From: Candidatus Micrarchaeota archaeon
GTDB lineage: Archaea > Micrarchaeota > Micrarchaeia > Anstonellales > Bilamarchaeaceae
DNA: 64,000 nucleotides
Direction of reading: 5' to 3'
NCBI GenBank assembly: GCA_043821365.1
Contig: JBDRCX010000006.1
Span: forward strand, 576,001-640,000
Shown: one piece after another, positions 1-11,007 of the stretch
Layout: the number at the start of each line of letters is the position of its first letter
Numbering within the stretch: position 1 is the stretch's first letter
Position numbers and translations under genes: made by a program
Notes under the pieces: model-generated
Seen by the model: only the letters and a program-made list of their open reading frames with translations
Databases searched by the model: none
Told to the model about the DNA's origin: nothing

Positions 1-4
1 TACA

Positions 5-3000
5 ATGTCTGATCTTGAAGTTTATGATTTGAATCGATCAGCTATTATGGTCAAAGATAGTAAAAAACTCAACATAAGCAACATTTTTGTTCACGAAATA
101 TATTATTTCGATTCTTATTATCATGACCACAACTATGCTGTTGACCTTAGAGATGTTTCGCGAGTTGATTTTAAAAATTCAGCTATCGGTTATAACCAAA
201 GGCCATCAGTTAGACTTGAGGATGTTCAAAATGTAAAACTAGATGGTCTTGAAATTGCAAATAGTACTGTTCCTATGGACTGCGATTTTAATCCTAGTGA
301 CGATAGCTGTATGGATCTTGCAAATCTTCTGAGAATTGAAGATGCGACTAATTTCTCCATTAAATCAAGTAATTTGTATAATACAGTTGGAGACTGTTTT
401 GATATAGAAGAAAATGTAACTAACTTCGAACTAGATAATGTTGAAATTTATAATTGTATGGGGTCAGGGATAATGGCGCTTGGCGATGATCCTTTTAGCG
501 ATGAATATGACAATAAAAACCATAGCTTTTCATCTTTACATATATATAACACATCTCTTGCTATGGTGGTTGGGGCTTCAAATATCACAAAAATAAATAA
601 TTCTAATATCTCGAATAATATCATTGGTTTAGTTTCCTTGTCAAACCATGATTTGTATATACTTAACAGTTTGATAAGTGAAAATATGCTTCTTGATTTC
701 CTGGATATTAATCTAATGTCACTTGAATCAGTTGGGGTGAGCAACTTCCTTGAACCTCTTCTAAATGAAACAATTGGTGAATTAGTTAACGAATCACTTG
801 ATCTTGGAGAACCTCATGTTGATTGTTCAGTTTATCTTACAAACGTTACTGGTTCTGGCGGCAGGCCAATTCTTTATTTGAATGACACTACAAGTGTTGA
901 TGGTGGAGTTTATTCAGAAATAATCATGTGCGCAGGTAATAATACACACATAAATGGAACAACAGTTAGGGGTTCAGATAGTTTCTATAATAATGGTATT
1001 TTCATTATGGGTGGAAACAATATTACAATTTCAAATTCTCTTTCTGAAGGAAATGCATTTGGTATGATGCTTTTTGCTGTTAGTAATAGTAATATTAGTA
1101 ATAATGTAATACGCGACTCAACAATGACACTTGAGGCACAAACTGCAGCATTAGGAATGAATGTAACTAGTTTCATGGAACAATTTGGCTTGAATATGTC
1201 TGAGGATGGCAACGAATTAATTATGTACTGGAAAGGTCTTGGTTTGCTTTATGGCAGTGTAACATCATTTATCACAACAAATACATTATTTTCAAATAAT
1301 CTTATAGAAGACAGCCAGTATCTAGGTATGATATCTATAATCTCTCTCGACAACACATATCAAGAAAATATAATAAGAAATAATAATTTATACGATCTTC
1401 AGGAATTTAACTTATCTCTTAGTTCTGGCGGTGGTAACACAACAAACTTCTCTGTCTATGGTCTTGATACATTTAGAGCTGGGTTTGTATCTTTAGGTGG
1501 AATTGGAGATACTTACATAGAAAATGAGTTCTACAATAATACAGGTTCTGGTTATCTTGGTTTATTACTATTAGAGAATGAATTTTACAGAAACAAAGCA
1601 TATGATAATACGGTTTCTGGATTTGTTGCAGTATTAGGTGGTTACAATCAATTCATTGAAGATGAAGCTTACAACAACAATCCAGCTAATGATCTTGTTG
1701 GATTAAGCTTTACGATATACAATCCTGATAATCTTTCCGAGACAATCGAACCTCAGGTAAATATCTCATCTGGTGGTTTTGTAACTATCCTTGCTTTTGA
1801 TACAATCATGCTTGGCATAGAATCCCATGATAATAATGGGTATGGGGTTGTTGATTTCCCTATTCCACCAGTATCATTTTCAATGATTGATCCACTTAGT
1901 CTTGGGGAAGAAAACATGTTTGAGGAAGGCATTCAAGGTATCTTAGTGAATGCAGGTCTCCAGGTTTTAATTAACCTTATCTCTGCTGATATTCCAACCA
2001 CTACTATAGTTTCATCAACTTTTGCAGGAAATTCACTAGGTGGAGTTAATTCAGGTTCATTATTTTTGCCTCCAGCACAGCTATCTGATGTGAATCTTGG
2101 AGATACAATAAGTGTAAGTATAGAAACAACAAGAACTACAAGTTTAATTTCAGATTTCTATGATTCAATACCAGAAGAACTTTATGGAGTATTTGAATTT
2201 GGTGGTGAAGACTATTTCTCTTTCAATATGGGTAATGTTTGGGAAGAGAATAGCAGCTACTTAAATGGTCTGTCACTTCCTATGGCAGGTTCTCCAAATT
2301 TAGAAACATTTGTCTATGATGACACTCTTGTTCTTCTTGTTTCAAATTCATCAAATGTCAGTTCATACGAATGGTCTGGTTCAACATGGCAGCTTAATAA
2401 TTCTTGGGCAAATGGTTTGAATGGATATCCTTCTGAAATTTATCCAACCTACCCAGCAGTATTTGAAATGGATGGATTACATATGCTTTTGGGAACTGCA
2501 AATGGTTCAATTCTTGGTTTCAGTTGGAATGGTTCACAATGGGTATACAATACGTCTGTTGCTAACGGAATAGATTTACTAGCAGAGACTCCTCCATTAT
2601 CACCTAAAAACATCTCACCAACTGTTTTCTATGATGATATAGAAGGTAACTATATCCTTGTTGTTGGCTATTCAGGAAGTTATAATGGAAATAATAGAAT
2701 ACTTACATGGTCACGGGATAATGAGTCAACTCCATGGACTTGGGCAACCTATTATGAAGAAGATGAATGGGATGCAGATCATGGCCATGGTAATTCTACC
2801 AAGCCAAGAGCGTATTACAGTGAAAGATATAATGCTGAAGTAATAATAATTGCTTTAGAAGATGGCACATTTGCTTGTAATTATTGGGATTCAGAACACA
2901 ATCCAAATGGTATTGAAAGCGAGACTAGGTGCCCGCCAGATATTCCTGCAGGTAATCTTTCAGGTGCAACACCAGTAAGAATTGATGATGTGTTGCTATT

Positions 3001-4480
3001 TTTGGTAAGCAGCAAATCATCAGGAAATTTCACAGCATTTGTTTCTAATGATTCTGATATAGAAATTGATTTACATGTTAATCCAACTGGTTATATCATT
3101 TCAGATGCTGCTGCTCCATCAGCTACTCCACCTACTGGTTTAATGTCTTTCAGAGGTCAATACATATCACTTGTGAGGAAGGCAAAGATGCTTGAAGCAT
3201 CATTAGCACTGACTGCATCTAACATCAGCTTAGGTAATGGTACAGTTGTTGATTTTGAAAATTATACTATTAATCTAAGTACAACTATTGATTTTGGTTA
3301 TATTGAACTTGGCGGAATCTATGATCCATTCGTAGTTTCTGTTGCAGTATTTGAATGGCCAAGGTCTGCAATAAGTGGCTACAGCCCAACTGCAATGAGA
3401 TTATATGCTTGGGATGGTAGCAATTGGTCTTTAGTTCCGAATCAATATCCAGTTCCAGAAAGAAACATGCTCTTAGTATTTGATATTGCAAGCCAAGAAG
3501 ATCAAGAAATTTATGGTTTATTTACAACAAGCGGACCGTCAATTGATGATTGCAGTGATGAAACCAACACTGTGAATGTTGACCTTCAACCAGATATATC
3601 TATGGAGTATGATTGTTACGATGGTCTTTACATTGAAGTTCTTGGTGCCAATGGTCCTATGGAATACTTAAACATTGGAATTGGAACCACAAATGCACAA
3701 GGTCAAGTTACTGTTGATCCATTTGACTGTCAGGTAGAGGAGTGTACAACTGATCTTGACTGTCCATCTACTCAGGAATGTGTTAATGGCGAATGCAGGT
3801 CAGTTCAGTGTGATTGTGGACAAATTATTGATCATGTTTGCAATGACTATGAATGTTGTACTGACTTTGATTGCGAATCTGGTTCAACATGCATAAGCAA
3901 TGAATGTGTGGAAGTATCTTCATGTACCTATGATTACGAATGTCTATCAAGTGAATACTGCAGCAATGGTGTCTGTGTTCCAGTTACAAGTACTTGTGGA
4001 TATGCAGCAAACCATGAATGGATACCGTACGAATGTGGTTCACAATCTGATTGTCCAAGCTGTGCTCCAGGATTTGTTTGCGAAGGCTACCAGTGTGTTG
4101 CACTACCCTCTGACCTTACTGGTCCAGATTCAGGATTTGTTGGTGATGATGCCACTTTCCATGCAATAAACTGCCCACTTTGTGAAGTTCAGATTTCAGA
4201 CCCACTTGGTAGGAACATGTCTGCATTGACATCTGAAGCAGGTGATCTTGCTCTTCCACTGGCATACAATGGTACATACACATTAACCCTAGTGAAAGGT
4301 TCAGTACCAGTAAAAACAGCTTCTGTTAGAGCATTATCAAGAAGCCCAGGTGTTGGTCCAGTTGGTCCAAGCTTCATCAGTGATGTGGCAGTTCCAGGTG
4401 CAATATTGGCACTATTGCTTGCTTTGATTGTGGTTTTCATGTATACTATCATGACAAGAGGCAAACCAAGAGTAAAATAA
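5..4480 (+). CDS. Large cell-surface protein: parallel beta-helix (pectin-lyase/NosD-like) repeats, W-x-x-N-x-S-x-x-NG repeat region, Cys-rich repeats, Ig-like module, C-terminal TM anchor; possibly 5'-truncated by the window edge
   Basis: 1491-aa ORF; Asn/Ile-rich periodic repeats; repeated WEENSSYLNGL / WQLNNSWANGL / WVYNTSVANGI; C-x2-D-x-DC-x5-C-x3-C repeats; hydrophobic C-terminus followed by basic tail (RGKPRVK); no N-terminal signal peptide visible and frame is open to the window edge. Confidence 0.7.
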   Translation: MSDLEVYDLNRSAIMVKDSKKLNISNIFVHEIYYFDSYYHDHNYAVDLRDVSRVDFKNSAIGYNQRPSVRLEDVQNVKLDGLEIANSTVPMDCDFNPSDDSCMDLANLLRIEDATNFSIKSSNLYNTVGDCFDIEENVTNFELDNVEIYNCMGSGIMALGDDPFSDEYDNKNHSFSSLHIYNTSLAMVVGASNITKINNSNISNNIIGLVSLSNHDLYILNSLISENMLLDFLDINLMSLESVGVSNFLEPLLNETIGELVNESLDLGEPHVDCSVYLTNVTGSGGRPILYLNDTTSVDGGVYSEIIMCAGNNTHINGTTVRGSDSFYNNGIFIMGGNNITISNSLSEGNAFGMMLFAVSNSNISNNVIRDSTMTLEAQTAALGMNVTSFMEQFGLNMSEDGNELIMYWKGLGLLYGSVTSFITTNTLFSNNLIEDSQYLGMISIISLDNTYQENIIRNNNLYDLQEFNLSLSSGGGNTTNFSVYGLDTFRAGFVSLGGIGDTYIENEFYNNTGSGYLGLLLLENEFYRNKAYDNTVSGFVAVLGGYNQFIEDEAYNNNPANDLVGLSFTIYNPDNLSETIEPQVNISSGGFVTILAFDTIMLGIESHDNNGYGVVDFPIPPVSFSMIDPLSLGEENMFEEGIQGILVNAGLQVLINLISADIPTTTIVSSTFAGNSLGGVNSGSLFLPPAQLSDVNLGDTISVSIETTRTTSLISDFYDSIPEELYGVFEFGGEDYFSFNMGNVWEENSSYLNGLSLPMAGSPNLETFVYDDTLVLLVSNSSNVSSYEWSGSTWQLNNSWANGLNGYPSEIYPTYPAVFEMDGLHMLLGTANGSILGFSWNGSQWVYNTSVANGIDLLAETPPLSPKNISPTVFYDDIEGNYILVVGYSGSYNGNNRILTWSRDNESTPWTWATYYEEDEWDADHGHGNSTKPRAYYSERYNAEVIIIALEDGTFACNYWDSEHNPNGIESETRCPPDIPAGNLSGATPVRIDDVLLFLVSSKSSGNFTAFVSNDSDIEIDLHVNPTGYIISDAAAPSATPPTGLMSFRGQYISLVRKAKMLEASLALTASNISLGNGTVVDFENYTINLSTTIDFGYIELGGIYDPFVVSVAVFEWPRSAISGYSPTAMRLYAWDGSNWSLVPNQYPVPERNMLLVFDIASQEDQEIYGLFTTSGPSIDDCSDETNTVNVDLQPDISMEYDCYDGLYIEVLGANGPMEYLNIGIGTTNAQGQVTVDPFDCQVEECTTDLDCPSTQECVNGECRSVQCDCGQIIDHVCNDYECCTDFDCESGSTCISNECVEVSSCTYDYECLSSEYCSNGVCVPVTSTCGYAANHEWIPYECGSQSDCPSCAPGFVCEGYQCVALPSDLTGPDSGFVGDDATFHAINCPLCEVQISDPLGRNMSALTSEAGDLALPLAYNGTYTLTLVKGSVPVKTASVRALSRSPGVGPVGPSFISDVAVPGAILALLLALIVVFMYTIMTRGKPRVK

Positions 4481-4540
4481 TTTTTTTTCTTTTCTTATCA
4501 TTTTTAATCAAATATGGCCATGTTTAGAGCAAAACCAACG

Positions 4541-4548
4541 TTTATAAA
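4541..4548 (+). promoter_or_regulatory. Putative TATA box of the RNA polymerase operon
   Basis: TTTATAAA preceded by a purine-rich BRE-like stretch, about 80 nt upstream of rpoH. Confidence 0.5.
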
Positions 4549-4622
4549 TACTTCTCTCATAAATCTTCCTACAAGGAAGCTAGTACAATTGCTAGCCCTG
4601 CTCTTTTGTTGGGTGATTCTGC

Positions 4623-4874
4623 TTGAAGAAGAAAAAAAGTAGTACTACAATAGATGTTTTATCGCATGATCTTGTTCCTGAAATGAAAGTTTTATCTGAT
4701 AATGAAAAGTCAAAAGTTCTCTCTAAATACCAGATTGATGAAGATCAATTTCCTAAAGTTTCTTCTAAAGATTCTGCAGTTGTTGCACTAAAAGCAACTG
4801 TTGGAAATGTTCTTGAAATCAAGAGAGATGATGGAACTGGGAAGTACACCACATACAGGATAGTGGTTGAATAA
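4623..4874 (+). CDS. rpoH: DNA-directed RNA polymerase subunit H (Rpo5)
   Basis: HDLVPEMKVL...YQIDEDQFPKVSSKD...GNVLEIKR...YRIVV matches Rpo5; TTG start after GGGTGA RBS; first gene of the RNAP operon. Confidence 0.93.
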   Translation: MKKKKSSTTIDVLSHDLVPEMKVLSDNEKSKVLSKYQIDEDQFPKVSSKDSAVVALKATVGNVLEIKRDDGTGKYTTYRIVVE

Positions 4875-4919
4875 TTTTTCTGGTCTGGTCAGCTGATCGG
4901 CCAATTGAGGTGTTGCTAG

Positions 4920-6380
4920 ATGGTTGAAGGTCTAATGGAATCTTATTTCAGAGTTAACACTCTTGTTAACCAGCAACTTTTGTCCTATAATAAATTTTTG
5001 GACACTGGGCTACAACAAGTTGTCGATAGAATTGGGAAAATTCAAACAAATGTTGAAGGTTTTGAACTTAAACTTGGTAAAGTTAGGATTGAACAACCTA
5101 GGTACTATGAAGTTAAAGGTGGATACAGGCAGGTTTTGCCTAATGAAGCAAGATTAAGGAACCTAAGTTATTCTGCACCAATTTTCCTTGAAATTATACC
5201 TGTTTTTAATGGAGTTGAAAGACCTGTTTATTCAGATGTTTTCATCGGCGAATTACCAGTTATGTTGAAATCAAAACTTTGTTATCTTTCTCAGATGAGA
5301 AAAGATGAACTTATTGAAAATGGAGAAGATCCTGATGATCCAGGAGGCTACTTTATTATTAATGGTAGTGAGCGTGTTTTGACTTCAATCGAAGACCTTG
5401 TACCAAACAAATTAATGGTCACAAAAGAAAGAAATGGAGTTGTTTCAAAAATATTCTCAACCCATTATGGTTTCAGAGCAAGATGTGTTGTTGAAAGAAA
5501 TGCAGATGGAGTCTATACTGCCGAATTCCCTTCAACCCCAACAGGAATTCCACTTCTCCAGCTTTTGAGGGTTCTAGGTCTTGAAACAAATCCACAGATT
5601 CTTTCTGCATTTACAGATGAAAAACACATTAGAAACGATGTCATTCTTAATCTTGAATCAGAACAGTCAAATAACAAAGAAGAGTCAGTTGATATGCTGA
5701 GCAGGCGTCTTTCGCCAGGCCAACCGCCTGAATTTAGATTAAATAGGATGGAAAATCTGCTTGATAATTATCTGCTTCCACATATTGGTGTGACAAAGGC
5801 AGCAAGAATTGACAAGGCAGTCTATCTTATAAGAATGGCTGAAAGAGCAACAAGAATTTCATACGGTGAATTTGCTCCTGATGATAAAGATCATTATGCA
5901 AATAAACGTGTGAAGCTTGCAGGAGACATGATGGAAGAACTTTTCAGATATGCTTTCCAATTTTTAATCAAAGATCTTGTTTATCAAGCTTCAAGAGCCG
6001 ATGCACGTGGAAGAAGATTGCAGGTGCACACTTTGATAAGACAAGATGTTATGGGTGACAGGATCAAATACGCAATGGCAACTGGAAACTGGATTGCAGG
6101 ACAAACTGGTGTTTCCCAGTTGCTTGATCGTGTCAGTTCTCTATCTACAATTTCACATTTGAGGAGAGTTATTTCTCCACTTAGTAAAAAACATCCACAC
6201 TTTAAGGCAAGAGACCTTCATGGTACACACATTGGAAAACTGTGTCCAAATGAAACTCCAGAAGGTCCAAGTTGTTCTCTTGTGAAGAACCTTTCGGTTA
6301 TGGCAGAGGTTTCTATAGGTGTCGAAGAAGAAGACATCAACAGAATTCTCAAGGCCTATGATGTAAAAGATCATGCTTAA
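4920..6380 (+). CDS. rpoB'': DNA-directed RNA polymerase subunit B'' (Rpo2N)
   Basis: EARLRNLSYSAP, DPGGYFIINGSERV, DDKDHYANKRVKLAG, ETPEGPSCSLVKNL motifs. Confidence 0.97.
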   Translation: MVEGLMESYFRVNTLVNQQLLSYNKFLDTGLQQVVDRIGKIQTNVEGFELKLGKVRIEQPRYYEVKGGYRQVLPNEARLRNLSYSAPIFLEIIPVFNGVERPVYSDVFIGELPVMLKSKLCYLSQMRKDELIENGEDPDDPGGYFIINGSERVLTSIEDLVPNKLMVTKERNGVVSKIFSTHYGFRARCVVERNADGVYTAEFPSTPTGIPLLQLLRVLGLETNPQILSAFTDEKHIRNDVILNLESEQSNNKEESVDMLSRRLSPGQPPEFRLNRMENLLDNYLLPHIGVTKAARIDKAVYLIRMAERATRISYGEFAPDDKDHYANKRVKLAGDMMEELFRYAFQFLIKDLVYQASRADARGRRLQVHTLIRQDVMGDRIKYAMATGNWIAGQTGVSQLLDRVSSLSTISHLRRVISPLSKKHPHFKARDLHGTHIGKLCPNETPEGPSCSLVKNLSVMAEVSIGVEEEDINRILKAYDVKDHA

Positions 6381-6440
6381 TCTGATGTAATTTTTATAGT
6401 TTGACTTCTGGTCAAATATAAAAATCAAATGGTGATTTTT

Positions 6441-8279
6441 ATGGTTAAAAAAAGAAAGAAAAAAACTCCAGACAAGACAACTATATTTTTGAATGGTAGG
6501 ATTGTCGGTAATCATCCAGATGGAAAAAGTCTTTCCAATCGTCTTCGTGAAAGGAGAAGGATGAATGAATTAAGTAATCAAGTAAACATCTATTACAATA
6601 ACAAACTAAATGAGCTTCACATACTCACTGATAAGGGGAGAGTAAGAAGACCATACATAGTAGTTGAAAACGGAAAGTCAAGACTTACAAGCGAAATACT
6701 CATAAGAATAAAAAACAATGAACTCAATTGGAATCATCTCGTGAAAATGGGCATCATAGAATACTTAGATGCACAAGAAGAAGAAAATTCTTTAATTGCA
6801 ATAAATGAAGCAGATATTACTTCAGACCATACTCATCTTGAAGTTGATCCATCAAATATCTTTGGTGTTGTTGCAGGTGTACTACCATTTTCTGAGCATA
6901 ATTCTTCACCAAGAATTACCATGGCCTGTGCTATGGCTAAACAATCACTTGGTATTTACGCAACTAACTTCGGTGCAAGGTATGATACTAGAGCATACAT
7001 CATGTATTACCCACAACAACCTCTTGTCCAAACAAGCATTTACAAAGCTTTGAATTTGAAAAACAAAGCTGCTGGGCAAAACTGCGTTGTTGCACTTACA
7101 AGCTATCATGGATACAATATGGCAGATGCAATTGTTGTTAATCGTTCATCTATAGACAGGGGTCTCCATAGGGTTACTATGTTTAAGACATATGAAACCG
7201 AAGAAAGAATGTATCCAGGTGGACAAAAAGATAAAATTGAACTTCCAACTCCAGAAGTTGTAGGGTATAGGGGAGAGGAAGCTTACAGATATCTTGGTGA
7301 AGATGGAATCATAATGCCAGAGAGCGAAGTTGGTGGTAAAGATGTTCTTGTTGGAAAAACATCACCTCCAAGATTCCTTGAAGAAATTTCTGTTTTCGGT
7401 GCAGTTGAAGAAAAGAAAAGAGAAAGTTCACTTTCATTAAAAAGCGGTGAAAAAGGAAAAGTAGATTCAGTTATGGTAACTGAAGGACCAAGCGGAAACA
7501 GACTTGTAAAAGTTCGTGTAAGGTCAGTAAAAGTACCAGAGACTGGAGATAAATTAGCATCACGACATGGTCAGAAAGGTGTTATTGGATTACTTGTTCC
7601 ACAGCAGGACATGCCATTTACAAAAAGCGGTATTGTTCCTGATCTTGTTGTTAATCCACACGCAATTCCTTCGAGAATGACTGCAGGTCACCTTCTAGAA
7701 ACCCTAGGAGGTAAGGCAGGTTCACTTGGTGGTATGCTTATGGACGGAACTGCATTTGCTGGAAACACAGAAGAACAATTCCAAGATATCTTAAAGAAAA
7801 ACGGATTTGAGGAAAGTGGGGAAGAAATTCTTTACGATGGTTTAACCGGGAAACAAGTCAAAGCAAAAATTTTCATAGGAAATATTTACTATCAAAGATT
7901 GCATCATCTTGTTTCAAATAAGATGCATGTTAGAAGCAGAGGTCCGGTACAATTACTTACTCACCAGCCAACCGAAGGTCGTGCACGTGAAGGTGGTCTT
8001 AGGTTCGGAGAGATGGAACGTGATTGTCTTATTGGTTACGGTGCCAGCATGCTTATTCGTGAAAGACTTTTGGAAGAAAGTGACAAAACATTACAGTTAG
8101 TTTGTACCGATTGCGGTTCCATTGCAACTCATGATTATGCAAGAAATCGTGATGTTTGTCCAATCTGTCAAGGAGAGAATGTTGAACCAGTGGAAATCAG
8201 TTATGCATTCAAACTATTACTTGATGAGATTAAATCTCTGTATATTTTCCCAAGAATAATTCTCAAGGATAAGGGTTAA
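6441..8279 (+). CDS. rpoB': DNA-directed RNA polymerase subunit B' (Rpo2C)
   Basis: EHNSSPR, GDKLASRHGQKG, YYQRLHHLV, GGLRFGEMERD and C-terminal Zn finger; ATG at 6441 follows GGTGA (ORF track start 6429). Confidence 0.97.
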   Translation: MVKKRKKKTPDKTTIFLNGRIVGNHPDGKSLSNRLRERRRMNELSNQVNIYYNNKLNELHILTDKGRVRRPYIVVENGKSRLTSEILIRIKNNELNWNHLVKMGIIEYLDAQEEENSLIAINEADITSDHTHLEVDPSNIFGVVAGVLPFSEHNSSPRITMACAMAKQSLGIYATNFGARYDTRAYIMYYPQQPLVQTSIYKALNLKNKAAGQNCVVALTSYHGYNMADAIVVNRSSIDRGLHRVTMFKTYETEERMYPGGQKDKIELPTPEVVGYRGEEAYRYLGEDGIIMPESEVGGKDVLVGKTSPPRFLEEISVFGAVEEKKRESSLSLKSGEKGKVDSVMVTEGPSGNRLVKVRVRSVKVPETGDKLASRHGQKGVIGLLVPQQDMPFTKSGIVPDLVVNPHAIPSRMTAGHLLETLGGKAGSLGGMLMDGTAFAGNTEEQFQDILKKNGFEESGEEILYDGLTGKQVKAKIFIGNIYYQRLHHLVSNKMHVRSRGPVQLLTHQPTEGRAREGGLRFGEMERDCLIGYGASMLIRERLLEESDKTLQLVCTDCGSIATHDYARNRDVCPICQGENVEPVEISYAFKLLLDEIKSLYIFPRIILKDKG

Positions 8280-8292
8280 GGGGTGTACTCAT

Positions 8293-11007
8293 ATGGTTGA
8301 AGTTCAAAAAGTTCTTGATAAATTGAAATTTTCTTTGTTTTCTCCAGAAATGATAAGAAAAATGTCTGCTGCAAAAATAGTTGTACCAGATACATATGAT
8401 GATGATGGTTATCCTATTGATGGTGGACTTGTTGACACCAGACTTGGGGTTGTTGATCCTGGTCTAAGATGCAAAACATGCGGTGGTACTGTTAAGGAGT
8501 GCCCTGGTCATTTTGGCCACATAGATCTTGTCCGTCCAGTTCTTCATGTTGAATTTGCAAAACATGTTTATTATGTATTAAAGTCAACTTGTGGAAGTTG
8601 CCACAAAATACTTTCTCAAAAACCAGTGAAGGAAATTTCTGAACTTGAAAAAACAGTCGATACTCTTGGTGAAGATGAAAAACCAATTGTAAAAACAACC
8701 TCAAAACAAGTTGATAAACCAGAAGAAGATGAAAAACCAATTGTAAAAACAACCTCAAAACCAAAACAAGTCAGTGATGATATACCGTCCTTGCTTGATG
8801 TTGCACAAAACAAAGTAACTGATTCAACAGAAGCTGCACAAAATGTCGATGCATCTACAAAAAAGAAGAAAGATAAAAGTTCAAAGCTGTGTCCACATTG
8901 TGGTTCTGAATTACCTGAAATAAAATTCATGAAGCCAACTACTATCTACAAAGACAAGGATATGATGTTACCAACAGATATTCGTGATTGGCTTTCAGGA
9001 ATAAATGATGGTGATCTTCGTGAACTTGGTTTTGATCCACTTTATTCAAGGCCAGAATGGATGATAACAACTGCACTTCCAACTCCTCCAGTTAATGTAA
9101 GACCTTCAATTACACTTGAAACTGGTGAAAGAAGTGAAGATGATCTTACTCACAAATTAGTTGATGTCATAAGAATCAATCAAAAGCTTGATGCGAATAT
9201 AAATGCAGGTGCACCACAACTTATTATCGAAGATCTTTGGGAACTTTTACAATACCACGTAACAACATATTTTGATAATGAAACTGCAAATATCCCTCCA
9301 GCAAGACACAGAAGTGGTAGGCCACTAAAAACACTAGCTCAGAGACTCAAAGGAAAAGAAGGCCGTTTCAGATACAATCTATCAGGTAAACGTGTTAATT
9401 TCTCAGCCAGAACTGTTGTTTCTCCTGATCCAAGAATTGATCTTGATGAAGTTGGTGTTCCACAACTTATTGCCGAAGAACTTACAATTCCTATGAAAGT
9501 AACTGAATGGAATTTACCTTATTGTAAGGAACTTATATTGAGGGCAGAGTATCCAAAAGCAATCTACATAATAAGAAGCGATGGAAGAAGGATCAAAGTT
9601 GGCGATACTGAAGAAATGAAAAAGGAACAAATAGAGACTGTTAAAGTAGGCTATACAATAGAACGCCATATTATGGATGGGGATATTGCTCTATTCAATA
9701 GACAGCCTTCCCTTCACAGAATCTCCATGATGGCACATGAAATTAAAGTTCTTCCAGGCAAAACATTCAGGCTTAATCCAGTAACTGTCTCACCATATAA
9801 TGCAGACTTTGATGGAGATGAAATGAATCTTCATATTATGCAAACTGAAGAAGCACAGGCAGAAGCAAGACATCTTGCAAAAGTCGAGGGCCAGCTTCTT
9901 TCTCCAAGACATGGGCATGCAATTATTAAGCCACAAGAAGACCATGTTTCTGGTCTTTATTTCTTAACCAAAGATGAGACTGTGTTCACAAAATCTGAAG
10001 CAGCAAGTTTGCTCTACTTAATAGGAATAACAGATCTTCCCGAACCAGATAGAAAAGGAAAATATTCTGGGAAACTTCTTTTTTCAACACTTCTACCTGA
10101 TGATACAAACCTTAAGGTAATATCAAAACTTGGTGAAGAAATTATCATAAGAAAAGGGAAGCTATTGAAAGGCGCTGTTGAGAGTAAGGCTATGGAAGGC
10201 GAACTACTGGAGAATATGTTTGTTACTCATGGACCTGAATTCACAAGAGATTTTATTGATAAATCATGTAGGCTCGCACTAGAAGCACTAGCCTATCACG
10301 GTCTTAGTGTGTCATTGAAAGATTATACTTTATCAAAGAAAGGTGAAGATAAAGTCAAGGAAATCACTGACAAAATGAATCGTGAAATCGATAATTTGAT
10401 TATGCAATATAAGAACAGATCACTTGAACGTGCTCCAGGTATGAGTCTTAAAGAAACATTGGAAGGACTTATAATGGAAATTACAAGCAAAACACGTGAG
10501 GATGTTGGAAAACTAGTGGAAATAGATCTTGGTATTGATAATCCATCTGTAATCATGGCTAAGATAGGTGCACGTGGTAGCTTACTTAATGCCATTCAGA
10601 TGTCTGCACTTGTTGCACAACAGACTGTTAGAAGTAAAAGAATCACACGTGGCTACAGAAGAAGGATACTACCATACTTCAAGGAAGGTGCAGTTACTGG
10701 TCCAGAGAAAGGATTTGTTTATTCTTCATTCCATAGAGGGCTTACACCATATGAATTCATGAACCATGCTATGGGTGGCCGTGAAGCTTTAGTTAATACT
10801 GCAATCAGAACAGCAAGATCTGGTTACATGCAACGTAGATTGATAAATGCACTTCAAGATCTTGTTGTCTCAGATGATTTGACTGTAAGGAACGCAGATA
10901 TGAGTGTCATCCAGTTTATTTACGGTGGAGATGGAAAGGACCCAATGTTCTCATCAACTGCAGAGGTTGGAGGAGAAGCAAAACAGGATGATATTGATAC
11001 TGCATAA
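8293..11007 (+). CDS. rpoA': DNA-directed RNA polymerase subunit A' (Rpo1N)
   Basis: CPGHFGHI, KGKEGRFRYNLSGKRVNFSARTV, NRQPSLH, catalytic YNADFDGDEMN, TARSGYMQRRL. Confidence 0.98.
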   Translation: MVEVQKVLDKLKFSLFSPEMIRKMSAAKIVVPDTYDDDGYPIDGGLVDTRLGVVDPGLRCKTCGGTVKECPGHFGHIDLVRPVLHVEFAKHVYYVLKSTCGSCHKILSQKPVKEISELEKTVDTLGEDEKPIVKTTSKQVDKPEEDEKPIVKTTSKPKQVSDDIPSLLDVAQNKVTDSTEAAQNVDASTKKKKDKSSKLCPHCGSELPEIKFMKPTTIYKDKDMMLPTDIRDWLSGINDGDLRELGFDPLYSRPEWMITTALPTPPVNVRPSITLETGERSEDDLTHKLVDVIRINQKLDANINAGAPQLIIEDLWELLQYHVTTYFDNETANIPPARHRSGRPLKTLAQRLKGKEGRFRYNLSGKRVNFSARTVVSPDPRIDLDEVGVPQLIAEELTIPMKVTEWNLPYCKELILRAEYPKAIYIIRSDGRRIKVGDTEEMKKEQIETVKVGYTIERHIMDGDIALFNRQPSLHRISMMAHEIKVLPGKTFRLNPVTVSPYNADFDGDEMNLHIMQTEEAQAEARHLAKVEGQLLSPRHGHAIIKPQEDHVSGLYFLTKDETVFTKSEAASLLYLIGITDLPEPDRKGKYSGKLLFSTLLPDDTNLKVISKLGEEIIIRKGKLLKGAVESKAMEGELLENMFVTHGPEFTRDFIDKSCRLALEALAYHGLSVSLKDYTLSKKGEDKVKEITDKMNREIDNLIMQYKNRSLERAPGMSLKETLEGLIMEITSKTREDVGKLVEIDLGIDNPSVIMAKIGARGSLLNAIQMSALVAQQTVRSKRITRGYRRRILPYFKEGAVTGPEKGFVYSSFHRGLTPYEFMNHAMGGREALVNTAIRTARSGYMQRRLINALQDLVVSDDLTVRNADMSVIQFIYGGDGKDPMFSSTAEVGGEAKQDDIDTA
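8671..8761 (+). repeat. 37-bp direct repeat (8671-8707, 8725-8761) inside rpoA'
   Basis: GAAGATGAAAAACCAATTGTAAAAACAACCTCAAAAC twice, 54-bp period, encoding EDEKPIVKTTSK twice. Confidence 0.9.
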
